From an uncultured Pseudonocardia sp. (lineage in GTDB: Bacteria; Actinomycetota; Actinomycetes; Mycobacteriales; Pseudonocardiaceae), in assembly GCA_964247105.1 (NCBI GenBank), contig CAXTTN010000003.1, positions 1-62,014 of the forward strand: 62,014 nt of DNA, written 5' to 3'. Positions 48,417-58,095 of this stretch are shown here, piece after piece (within the stretch, counting starts at the first letter, position 1; each line of letters begins with the position of its first letter). The position numbers and the translations under genes are program-made. A model generated the notes under the pieces. That model was not told the origin of the DNA. It saw only the letters and a list, made by a program, of their open reading frames with translations, and searched no databases.

Positions 48417-48775
48417 CAGCGCCTCCGGAGCGCGAGGGACCAGCAGGTGACCGCGCACGCGGGCAGGCCGATCAGGAACCCCCGCACCTGATGACGCCGC
48501 TCCGGGCCGCCCCCGGCGGCGTGCAGGACAGCTCGTACCTCGGCGCGCCAGCTCTCGCGGTCGGCCGCGGGGAGCAGGACGGCCGAGGGGAGCAGGACCG
48601 CCGCCCAGGTGCAGCCCGGCAGCCACCGGGCTCCGGCCGCCACGACCAGCGTCGCGACGGCGAGGGCCGTCGTGGCCGCCAGCAGCTCGGCCGTCGGTAT
48701 CGCGCAGGCGGCCGCCACCAGCATCGCGACGCAGGCGGCTCGGCGGGTCCACGGCCGTGCCTCCAGAACCGTCAC
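48416..48775 (-). CDS. Small membrane protein
   Basis: Hydrophobic; LLPAADRESWRAE motif of the type found next to PadR genes. Confidence 0.6.
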   Translation of the reverse strand: MTVLEARPWTRRAACVAMLVAAACAIPTAELLAATTALAVATLVVAAGARWLPGCTWAAVLLPSAVLLPAADRESWRAEVRAVLHAAGGGPERRHQVRGFLIGLPACAVTCWSLALRRR

Positions 48776-48809
48776 GGTGCTGCCTCCGCGGGACGGAGCA
48801 CGTCGGCGG

Positions 48810-49148
48810 TCACGTTGCCCCCTCGGCGTCCGGACGGCGCCGGTCGAGCAGCCGCGCCAGGCCGGCCCGCTGCGCCGCCGTCGCGGCGAGCGCGTGCACG
48901 GCGCGGGTGCGGCCCTCGATCGTCAGCCGGTAGTAGCGCCGCGGCGGCCGGCTCTCGGTCTCGGCGACGGACGGATCCTCGCCGCGCGGGACGATCCAGC
49001 CTGCGGCGGTGAGGCGGTGCAGGATCGGGTACATCGTGCCGGCCGCCAGGCCCGTGAGCCTGCTGAGCTCGAAGCCCCACAGCTCGTCGCCGTCCAGTAG
49101 CGCCGCGAGCACCAGCTCGGTCTGGACCGTCATCCGCGGCGGCTTCAT
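48810..49148 (-). CDS. PadR family regulator
   Basis: WGFEL...GTMYPILHRL...RRYYRLT..G. Confidence 0.9.
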   Translation of the reverse strand: MKPPRMTVQTELVLAALLDGDELWGFELSRLTGLAAGTMYPILHRLTAAGWIVPRGEDPSVAETESRPPRRYYRLTIEGRTRAVHALAATAAQRAGLARLLDRRRPDAEGAT

Positions 49149-49254
49149 GCATAGAAGTCTATACAGGTCCATGAAAGAGAGGTGTCACGTTCGGCTCGGC
49201 CGACTGTGCCCAGCCACGTGGTCGTTGCAGGCTTCGTGGTCACCCGTTCGCGCG

Positions 49255-49538
49255 GTCCGTGGCGGACCCCGCGGCGCTGGCGCGGGTCGGCCACCCTGCC
49301 CAGCACCTCGCGCAGGGTCGGCACCGACCTCACCGGATCGGGTAGGGCTACCGCGCCCAGCTGGTCGACGACAGCGGCGATGGACAAGGATGCAGACGGG
49401 GCACTGCACTCGTTTCAGGGATCGCGCCCGGTGTGAGAACCGCAAGATCACCACAGGTGCGGTGCCCGCACCTCCGACCTCAACCCGCGTGTCGCCGCAG
49501 CTCAGCGCCAACTCCCTGCGACTTTGCCGACCCCCCGG
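49255..49538 (-). mobile_element. ISAs1-family left end and transposase N-terminal fragment
   Basis: LREVLGRVADPRQRRGVRH; terminal-IR-like GGGGTCGGCAAAGTC near 49520-49536. Confidence 0.65.
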
Positions 49539-49789
49539 GTACTCACCGTCGGTAAACGCCGCTGACAAGAGGGGCTACTCGGCCATATCCGCCCGATTCT
49601 CGGCACGTACTACGGCGACCCGTGGTTGCGTGCCAAACGCCACCCGTGTAGCTTTAGTTGTCGACAGCAGTAAGAATACAACATCGTTACCAATGATCAG
49701 CAGGGTTGCCCAAACGCCCTGACTGGCGGCGATCCCCAGGACGTCCCTACCGTTGCCCCCATGCATGAACAACTCGCCATGGAGCGGAC

Positions 49790-50536
49790 ATGAATGATGT
49801 GCTACGGTGGCCCCACTCAATGCTGAACAACTCGAACCGGGAATGCCGGTGTACGGAGCGTGGATGCGTTCGAGGAACACGCGGCGAGCGCGATCGACAC
49901 GAGCGAGGTCGGCGACCGTGTCGCCCTGCACCGGACACGTTCCGACAACGTGACGTTCCTGAGCGCGGATCGCTGGGGCCTCCTCCTGGCCGAGATCTTC
50001 GACTGCGCGCTGATCGGCGAGGGGATTCTCCCGTCCCTGAGGCGCGCTCGCAATTCGCTCCTGACCGACGTGTACGAGTCCATTCCCAGGCCGCGGCGCT
50101 CTTCGGAGCGCTGGTGGTGGCCCCGGAGATCCGGGCCCTGAACGAGGTGTCGGACGCGTACGGGGTCGACGTGTCACGGCCGAACCGGCTGCAGACGAGG
50201 GGCCACTTCCCGGTACGGCTCACCACGTGGTCGCACCGGGTGGTCGGGGAGGAACGGTCGTTGTTCCCTTGTGACCTGCGTGAGGAGTCGACCCACGACG
50301 ACGGGTGGGACGTCGAGTTCCACCCCGCCGAGGCGGCAACCGCGGACGGTATCGTCGCGCGGCCCTCCCTCGACCTCGGCGGTGGCGGGGAGATCGGCAC
50401 CCATCACCCCGAGGCGTCGCACTGGATTCAGACGTTCATCCCGTTCCGCGAGCCGGTGCAGGTCGATGCCGCCCGGCCGCTGATCGTGCGACTCGCCATC
50501 ACCGACGACGTCGCCCTCACGGCGAGCCTCAGCTGA
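49790..50536 (+). pseudogene. PRMT-like arginine N-methyltransferase (SznE-like), frameshifted and deleted
   Basis: RWPHSMLN..NR, LLAEIFDCALIGEG (double-E loop) and SHWIQ (THW loop) lie in different frames. SAM motif I is absent. Confidence 0.75.
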
Positions 50537-50567
50537 ACGGAGTGACCTGATAGACGCCGACGACGCC

Positions 50568-51235
50568 ATGCTGCAGTACGCCCAACGGCCATTGTTCCGA
50601 TGATGGAGAACGTGCTGGGTGTGTACGGGCCGGTGCAATCCGAGTGGTTCACGATACTGATCGACGAGTACGGTTACGGTGTGCACGACCAGAAGCACTC
50701 GACGCTTTACACGTTGCGGAGCGTCGGCCTGAACACCGAGCCGCACCATTACTGGGAGTACTGCCGAGCGTCCGCTCTGGCCGCCAACAACTACTTCCAC
50801 CACCTCGGTTCCGAGCGCCGCTTCTTTTTCCACCACGTCGGCGCCCTGATCCACAGCGAGGCCGGGCCGGTGGACTTCTGCCGGCGCGCGGTGTCGGTAC
50901 CCGCGGACGTCTTCGACGGCGAGTGCGACGACGGCTACAGGACGATCATGAGCAACTTCGACGTCCAGTTCCCGGCCCAGATCGAGTGGACGGACGGGAA
51001 GGAGGCGATGTCGAAGCTCCACTGCCACTGCCACAACCAGGACGAACTGTGCCACATCGTCGCCGGTCAGATGGACTTCTTCTCCAGCCCCGATTCGCAC
51101 GTGATCCTGAACCCCGGTGACGGTGCGCGATCGCGCCGCTCGCCCTTCGTCTTCGTCCGGGTGGGCGACCGGTTGACGCTCGCCGACCCGGCGATCGAGA
51201 ACTCCTATCGCCTGCCGACCCTGAAGTGGGAGTAA
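50568..51235 (+). pseudogene. sznF: SznF-like HO-like diiron oxidase/cupin, internally deleted
   Basis: MMENVLGVYGPVQSEWF.ILIDEYGYGVHDQKHSTL, NNYFH.LG, VDFCRR, HCH..DELCHIV.G match SznF as recalled. Several blocks are missing. Confidence 0.8.
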
Positions 51236-51239
51236 CCGC

Positions 51240-52517
51240 GTGGATCACAAGACGCAGCCAACGGCCGAGCGCGACGACGAGCCCGCCGCCGGCAGGGACT
51301 TCGGGCTGCTCTGGACCGGGCAGTCGGTCAGCCTGCTGGGCGATCAGGTCATGGTGGTGGCGCTGCCGCTCGCGGCGGTGACCGTGCTGGGCACCTCCGT
51401 CGCGGAGGCCGCGCTGCTGCCGTTCGCGTTCAAGCTGCCTTTCCTCGTCCTGGGTCTCCCGGTGGGGGCGTTCCTGGATCGCGTCCGCAGGCGCCCGGTG
51501 CTGATCGCCAGCGAGATCGCGCAGCTGGTCTGCTTCGTGCTCATCGGCGCGCTCGCGATCGGTGGACTCCTGCCGTTCTGGCTGCTCATGGTTCTCATGG
51601 CGGTGAGCGGCGTGGCAACCGTCTTCTTCCAGGTCGCCTACATGTCCTACCTGCCGTCGCTGGTCCCGCCAGGGGGGATGCTGCACCGGGCCAACGCGCG
51701 GCTGCAGCTCTCGGAGTCGGTGTCGCGTTCGCTGGGGCCGGCGCTGGCCGGTCCGGTCATCGCGATCGCGGGGCCCGTGGGGGCCGCGTTCGCCAACGCG
51801 GGCACGTTCCTCGTCTCCGTCGGGGCGCTCGCCGGGATCCGGCACCGCGAGCCGAAGCCGGAGCCGGCCCAGCGGTCGAAGGGCTGGCTCGTGCGCGAGA
51901 TCAAGGAGGGCCTCGCCTTCGTCGTGCGGCACCCGGTACTCGAGCCGATCCTGCTGTGTGGCGCCGTCTACGTGCTGTTCCAGGGCATCGTGATCACGAT
52001 CATCGTCCTGTACTGCCTGGAGGTGCTGCACCTCGGATCGGTCGCCATCGGCCTCGTCGTCGGCGCGGCCGCCCTGGGCTACCCGATCGGCAACCTCGTC
52101 TGCACGCGCATCGCGGCCCGGATCGGGACGCTGCGCACAGTGGTCCTGGGGGCGACGACCTCGGTGGTCGGCTTCGCGATCATGCCGCTGGCCGGCAGCG
52201 CCGGATGGGTGGTCGGCCTGGTCGCGGGCAGCATCGTGCACGGCATCGGCGAGGGACTGTTCGGTCCCACCTGGACCACGCTCCGCCAGAGCGTCACACC
52301 GCCCGCCCTGCTGGGCCGGGTCAACTCCGTCGAGCGGTTCGTGCTGTGGGGAGCGGTACCGCTCTCCAGCCTGCTGGCCGCCGCACTGATCGCACTGGTG
52401 GGCCTCCCCGCGACCCTGTGGATCGGGGCCCTGGGCACGGCCGCGTGCCTCCCGCCGCTGTTGCGGCGAGGCGTCCTCCAAGGATTGCGCACCCCCGAAA
52501 CATCGTCGAAGGGATGA
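51240..52517 (+). CDS. MFS transporter (macrolide-efflux/DHA3-like)
   Basis: FGLLWTGQSVSLLGDQ, DRVRRR, LLGRVNS; about 12 TMs. Confidence 0.92.
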   Translation: MDHKTQPTAERDDEPAAGRDFGLLWTGQSVSLLGDQVMVVALPLAAVTVLGTSVAEAALLPFAFKLPFLVLGLPVGAFLDRVRRRPVLIASEIAQLVCFVLIGALAIGGLLPFWLLMVLMAVSGVATVFFQVAYMSYLPSLVPPGGMLHRANARLQLSESVSRSLGPALAGPVIAIAGPVGAAFANAGTFLVSVGALAGIRHREPKPEPAQRSKGWLVREIKEGLAFVVRHPVLEPILLCGAVYVLFQGIVITIIVLYCLEVLHLGSVAIGLVVGAAALGYPIGNLVCTRIAARIGTLRTVVLGATTSVVGFAIMPLAGSAGWVVGLVAGSIVHGIGEGLFGPTWTTLRQSVTPPALLGRVNSVERFVLWGAVPLSSLLAAALIALVGLPATLWIGALGTAACLPPLLRRGVLQGLRTPETSSKG

Positions 52518-53446
52518 TCCGCATGAAGCTCGCACCCGGAACCGACGAGTTCCTCGCCAGGTACCACGCGGCCATGCCGCAGGACTTCTTCGCACAGAGC
52601 GTCGCCGAGCAACGCCGGCTGTACCTCTCGCTGTCGGAGGTGTTCCCCTACCCCGTCCCGTCCGGTGTCACCGTCGCCGACCACGAGATCGCCGGCTCCG
52701 GCGGGACTCTCGCCTTCCGCTCCTACCGGCCCGCGCGGCGTGCCGGTGAGGGCACGATCGTCTACTTCCACGGTGGGGGCTTCGTCCTCGGCTCCGTCGA
52801 GAGCCACAACACGCTGGCCGCGGAGCTGGCGGCCGCCACTGGGCTGCTCACGATCTCGGTGGATTTCCCGCTCGCCCCCGAGCACCCGTTCCCCGAGATT
52901 CCCGAGGCCTGTTACGAGGTGCTGTGCGCCCTGGCGGACGGGCCGTTCGCCGGCGAGGCGGACACCGCGGCACCGGTGCTGTGCGGGGACAGCTCGGGGG
53001 CCAACCTCGCGGTGGCGCTGTCCATGATGTGCCGCGACCGCGGCGGCCCCCGGCCGCGCGGCCAGGGGCTCATCGGCCCGGTGCTCGACTTCGCGCGCTG
53101 GTTCGAGCCCAACCCGGCGGAGCCGTTCGGGGGCGAGATGCTGCACTACACCCGCGCCTACTGCCCGCGGCGCGAGCTGGCCGATCACCGCTACGCCTCG
53201 CCACTGGTCTCCGGGACGTTCGAGGACCTTCCCCCGGCGTACATCATGTCCACCGAGTACGACGACCTGCGCGACGACGCCGTCCGCTACGCCCGGCATC
53301 TCGAGGAGCAGGGCACACCGGTTCGGCTCGTCGTGGAACCCGGGCTGGTGCACGCCCCCGTTCGGGGGCGGTCGCTGATCCCCCAGGTCGCGGACGCCTG
53401 GAAGCGGTTCTGCTCCGCGGTGGGCGGGCTTGCGGAGGCTGCGTGA
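52514..53446 (+). CDS. Alpha/beta hydrolase (HSL family esterase)
   Basis: HGGG, GDSSG, D.LRDD, GLVH. ATG 52514 (ATGA overlap) or 52523. Confidence 0.92.
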   Translation: MIRMKLAPGTDEFLARYHAAMPQDFFAQSVAEQRRLYLSLSEVFPYPVPSGVTVADHEIAGSGGTLAFRSYRPARRAGEGTIVYFHGGGFVLGSVESHNTLAAELAAATGLLTISVDFPLAPEHPFPEIPEACYEVLCALADGPFAGEADTAAPVLCGDSSGANLAVALSMMCRDRGGPRPRGQGLIGPVLDFARWFEPNPAEPFGGEMLHYTRAYCPRRELADHRYASPLVSGTFEDLPPAYIMSTEYDDLRDDAVRYARHLEEQGTPVRLVVEPGLVHAPVRGRSLIPQVADAWKRFCSAVGGLAEAA

Positions 53447-53523
53447 CGTGCCGCCGCGTGATCCGCGGCCGGCGGCCGTCGGCGTGGACCCCTCGTGTTC
53501 GGGCCTGTCGTCCGTGTCGGCCG

Positions 53524-54426
53524 CTACGTCGGCTTCGTCGCCTGGCCCGTCCGGCCCGGTGTCTCGGCACGTCCGCCGGTGGCAAGCAGTGAGCCGACGA
53601 CGATCAGGACGACGCCCAGGACGATGGCGACGGTCAGCGGCTCGCCGAGCAGGACGACCCCCGTGGCCACGGTGATGACTGGTGCGACGTAGAAGACGAC
53701 GGTGGCCGGTCCCGGGCCCGTCTCCGCGATGAGGGCGAAGTACGCCACGAACGCGGCGGCCGTGCAGGCCAGTGCGAGACCGACCAGGCTTCCCACGACC
53801 TCGGGAGCCGGCAGCGGATCGGGCAGGGCGGGCACCGCCACCGGGGCCAGTAGCACGGTGTTGACCAGCAGGACGGCGGTGATCACGCCGATCGGGTCGG
53901 TGTTGGCCGGGATGCGCCGGACGAGCAGGGCGGCACCCGCGTACAGGAGCGTGGCGAGCAGGACCATGGCCCCACCGAGGAGCTGCGGGCCGAGAGCGCT
54001 GACGTCCAGGCCCAGCAGGACGGCCACCCCGGCCAGGCCGACGACCAGGCCGGTCGTGCGCACCCGTCCGATGCGTGCGGCGGGCTCGATCACGCGGATC
54101 AGGAGGGCGACGAACAGCGGCTCCGCGGCGACCAGCAACCCGGCGAGCGAGCTGGTGATGCGCTGCTCGCCGTAGGTGATGAGCAGGAACGGGGCCGTGA
54201 CCTGCAGCACGGTCAGGCCGAGGACGAGCCGCCACCGCCCCGCTATCCCGCGCAGTGCTCCCCGCCACAGCGCCAGCGGTACCAGGACGAGCACGGCTAC
54301 GCCGGTACGCGTCCAGACGACGACGACCGGGTCGATCCCGGCCTCCACCGCGATGCGGATGAACAGGTAGGGAAGTCCCCACAGCACCGCGACCACCGCG
54401 AAGAGCCACCGCGCCCGCGCGCTCAC
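53524..54426 (-). CDS. DMT/EamA family transporter
   Basis: LWG.PY.FIR, 10 TMs, LLGEPLT. Confidence 0.9.
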   Translation of the reverse strand: MSARARWLFAVVAVLWGLPYLFIRIAVEAGIDPVVVVWTRTGVAVLVLVPLALWRGALRGIAGRWRLVLGLTVLQVTAPFLLITYGEQRITSSLAGLLVAAEPLFVALLIRVIEPAARIGRVRTTGLVVGLAGVAVLLGLDVSALGPQLLGGAMVLLATLLYAGAALLVRRIPANTDPIGVITAVLLVNTVLLAPVAVPALPDPLPAPEVVGSLVGLALACTAAAFVAYFALIAETGPGPATVVFYVAPVITVATGVVLLGEPLTVAIVLGVVLIVVGSLLATGGRAETPGRTGQATKPT

Positions 54427-54524
54427 GACCTCGTCACCTCCCGTTCTCCGACCGCTGCTGATCCTCGACGAGGCGGTGGCGCCGTGTGCGCTCCTGCGAT
54501 GCCACGAACCGGTACCTTTCGGCC

Positions 54525-55499
54525 ATGGCCGGCAGGGGCGCGTCGTCGCATCGCGTCGCGGTGCTCGTCGCGGACGGGGTCAGCCTGGCCGAGCTGGGAC
54601 AGGCCGGTGACGTCCTCCGCGCCGCGAACGACCACCTGCCGGATCGCCTCCGCTACGAGGTGGTCGTGTGCACCGCCCGGCCGGGGTCGGTCCGCACGCG
54701 CGAGGGCCACGAACTCGACGTCCCGACCGGCCTGGACGCCATCGCCCGGGCTCGCACGCTGCTTCTGCCGGGGTGCTGGCCGGTGGCTACGAGACCAGCA
54801 GCCGCGGTGCTCGACGCCGTCGTGAACGCCCACCGGCGCGGCGCCCGAATCGTTGCGACCTGCACGGGGGTCGCGGTGGTTGCGGCCGCGGGCCTGGTGG
54901 ACGGGCGAACCGCCACCACGCACTGGTGGCACGTCGAGGGAGTCCGCCGGGCCTACCCGAGGGTCGATTTCGTCCCGGACGTGCTCCATGTCGACCACGG
55001 CGACGTCGTCACCGGCGCCGGCAACGCGGCCGGCCTGGACCTTTACCTCCACCTCGTCGAGGTCGACCACGGTGCGGAGGTCGCGACCGGCGCCGCGCGA
55101 TTGCTCGTCGGCCCGCACGTCCGCGCAGGTGATCGCCCGCAGCTGCTCGCCCGGCCGATCACGAGCGCGGCGGACGACGCGGTCGCCGTCGTGGTGGCCC
55201 GTCTGTCCGCGACCCTCCACCACCGCGAGCCGCTGGCCACCGCGGCCCGCTCCGTCGGGCTGAGCGAACGCACGCTGCGCCGCCGCTTCCACGAGCAGCT
55301 CGGCACCACGCCCGGGAAGTGGCTGATGGCCGAGCGCCTACGCCACGCCCGTCGACTGCTCGAAGCCACCAACCTGCCCGTCGACGCCGTCGCACAGCGC
55401 GTCGGCCTGATGTCGGCCACCGCCCTGCGCCGTCAGTTCCACCGGACGCTCGCGCTCACCCCCTCCGCCTACCGGTCGCTCCACCGGGCACGGTCCTGA
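54525..55499 (+). CDS. GlxA-type AraC regulator with DJ-1/PfpI domain
   Basis: CTG, ATTHW, SERTLRRRF, TPSAYR. Confidence 0.92.
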   Translation: MAGRGASSHRVAVLVADGVSLAELGQAGDVLRAANDHLPDRLRYEVVVCTARPGSVRTREGHELDVPTGLDAIARARTLLLPGCWPVATRPAAAVLDAVVNAHRRGARIVATCTGVAVVAAAGLVDGRTATTHWWHVEGVRRAYPRVDFVPDVLHVDHGDVVTGAGNAAGLDLYLHLVEVDHGAEVATGAARLLVGPHVRAGDRPQLLARPITSAADDAVAVVVARLSATLHHREPLATAARSVGLSERTLRRRFHEQLGTTPGKWLMAERLRHARRLLEATNLPVDAVAQRVGLMSATALRRQFHRTLALTPSAYRSLHRARS

Positions 55500-55573
55500 G
55501 GGCCGCCGAGCCGAACGACCGTGGCAGGTACTTTCGTCGAGCGCGCCAACGCGGGCGGTGGTGAACTCGGGAC

Positions 55574-57416
55574 TCAGCCCTCGTCGACGACGACGCCGTA
55601 GCGGACGGCGAGTTCGGCGAGGCCGTCGTCGTAGCCCTGCCCGATGGTGCGCAGTCGCCAGGAGCCGTCGCGGCGGTAGATCTCCGCGAGCAGCAGGGTG
55701 CGCTCGGTGGTGGCGGCGTCGAGGGTGGCGGTGGCGGCGGTGACGAGGTCGCCATCGACAGCGAGGGTGACGGCGCCCAGGCCGCCGAACGTCGCCTCGC
55801 CGGCGAGCGCAGCCGCGACGACGATCTTGGTGTGCTGCTCCTCGAGCAGGGACAGGTCGATGCGGATGCTCTGCTCGCTGTCGCCGTCCAGTGACAGTGC
55901 TACGGCGCCGTGCTCGCTGACGGGGGCGTTGTAGAAGACGAAGTCCTCGTCGGCGACCACGCGCTCGTTCGCGTCGACGAGGAACGCGACGACGTCGACC
56001 TCGGTCCCGTCGGCGAGAGCGTCGGCGCGCCACGCGGCATTGACCGTCCATGCGCCGGCCTCGGGCAGGTCGATGACCTCGCCGCGGACCATGACCGGCA
56101 CCCCGGGCCCGGTGTTGTCGCTGCGGTGGCGCCCGACGTACTTCGCGAGTTCGGTGTCGGTGACCACCGCGAGGGCGGTCTCCGTCGCGGGGGCGGGCAG
56201 CGCGATCCCGAGGGCCACGGAACCGGTGTGCACCGGCAGGCCCGTCTCGCGGATGCGATCGAGCCGCCGGTCGGACTCGCCGCCCGCCATCAGCACCACG
56301 TCGGTCACGGCGGCGGTGAAGTTGACCGCGCCGTTCCCGCCCTGCGCGGCGATCTCTGCGCGTACGTCGGCTGCCTGTTCGTGGGTGCCCCCGATGATGA
56401 GTACGCGACGACCGTGCAGCGGACCACGTCGGGATGTCGTGATCCGCGGGCGAGGCGTGGTCGGTCGCCTGCTCGCGCTGCTCACCGGCTCGCCTGGCCC
56501 GGACATCGGCGAGCAGGCGCCGCAGTGTGGTCTCGTCGATGACCGGGATGCCCTCGGCGCGGGCCCGCTCGGCCTTGCGGGTACGGTACTGCGCGTTGTT
56601 GGTGACGAGTGCGCTGGTCAGGCTGCTCACCGAGCGGCTGACATCGAGCCCGGCCGCGACGAGTTGCTCGACGAGCTGCTCACGCGGCACGCTCACCGCC
56701 CCGGTGACCGCGAGGCGCATCCCCTGCACGAGCGGACCGCCGGGGTGGAGCCGGCCGGGGTTGCGCCACGGGCTCCGCGGCGTGGTCGGTCGTGTGGGGC
56801 CGCCGCTGGTCTCGCCCTTGCCGTCACAGCCGACGAGGGGGAGTGGCAGGTCCAACCGGGCAGCGAGCAACAGGCTGTGGGTGAGGATGCGAGCCAGTAC
56901 CTCGACGTCGTCGAGTGCGTCATGTGCGTGCTTCTGAGGTACTCCCCAGTACCCGGCGAGGGTGCCCAGCTTGTGGTCGGGCACCGCCAGCCCGAGCCGG
57001 CGGCTCAGCGCGAGCGTGCACAGCCGCTGCTCGACGGGCAGCTTCCGCCCGGTCCGCTCGACTTCCGCCGCGAGGAACCGGTGGTCGAACGCCGCGTTGT
57101 GGGCAACGAGGATTCGCCCCTCCAGCATCTCGAGCAGCTCGGGTGCGACCTGCTCGAAACTCGGCGCTCCCGCCAGCCGCTCGCGGGTCAGGCCGTGGAC
57201 ATGCACCGGTCCCGGATCCACACCGGCATCGACGAGCGTATGGAACCGACGCTCAGGACGCCCTGCGGCATCCAGGGCCAGCGCGGCCACGCTCAGCACG
57301 CGTCCCGTGTCGGGCTGGAAGCCGGAGGTCTCGACGTCGACGACCGCCCAGGAGTGGTCCAGTTCGAGCACCGGCTCGATGGGCGCGGTCGGCACGGCGG
57401 CACCTCGCTGTTGCAT
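55574..57416 (-). pseudogene. DEDDh exonuclease-BRCT-BRCT-TerD fusion with one frameshift near 56498-56501
   Basis: DVETSG, HNAAFD, HDALDD and a BRCT lie in one frame. A second BRCT and TerD (DFVFYN, EIYRR..WR) lie in another. Confidence 0.8.
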
Positions 57417-57540
57417 GTCGAGTGATGGGTCCGCCGGGCAGGGGAACGTGCGGTCCGTGATCGGATCGTCGCTCGGGGGAGCAGATCCGTTAGCCGATCC
57501 GCGGCTTCCGGTGTCCGATCGCCCCGGGCGAATCCGGCTC

Positions 57541-58023
57541 CTACCGTCCCATCTCGATCTGCGGTCGGTGTGCTGCTGCGGGTTCTGGCATCGACGGTGA
57601 GGTCGTGCGGGGCCAGGTCCAGGCGGAGCGCAGGACGAAGGCCAGGAGCAGCACCTCGAGTCCGATGGAAAGGCCGTAGAAGTACGTCCAGGACTCCCCG
57701 ACCGCGTTGAATATCGAGACGGGGACGTAGAGCGTTGCCACGACGAGGTTGGTGGCGCGGTTGATGCGGGCGGGCAGCGTCATGGAGAACACCACCATGA
57801 GGATCGGGATCGCCACGAGCGCGAGGAACGCGGTCAACAACGTCTGGCTGATGTCGAACTCCCAGACGACGCCGACCAGGATGTCACCGACTACGCCCGG
57901 CTTGTACAGGGCGTAGTAGTCGACGTAGATCTAGAGGAACGTGAAGCTGGTCCAGGCGGCAGCGAGCTTCGCTTGCACGGGAACCTGCGGGTCGTCCAGC
58001 GGGCGTTGTGCACGCGTTCTCAT
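57541..58023 (-). pseudogene. DUF6326-like membrane protein with an in-frame amber stop
   Basis: KLAAAWTSFTFL*IYVD: TAG at 57931-57933, with the frame open on both sides. Confidence 0.7.
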
Positions 58024-58095
58024 GTTGTTGGTCATCGGCTCTTCCTTCGAGATGAGTGGTCCGTCCGCCGGAGTGGCGGCAGGTCTGTCTGGTCG

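Noticed and set aside
49790-53446. Functional streptozotocin cluster
   Set aside because: Both core genes are broken, and no ATP-grasp or alkylation-repair genes are recognisable in the window.
55338-57416. 692-aa ORF as a genuine full-length protein
   Set aside because: The part after about 56500 is Arg-rich off-frame sequence overlapping the TerD frame and the AraC gene.
30684-58023. Programmed amber read-through (pyrrolysine) at two in-frame TAGs
   Set aside because: No pyl genes are in the window, TAG is used as a normal stop elsewhere, and pseudogenes are common here.
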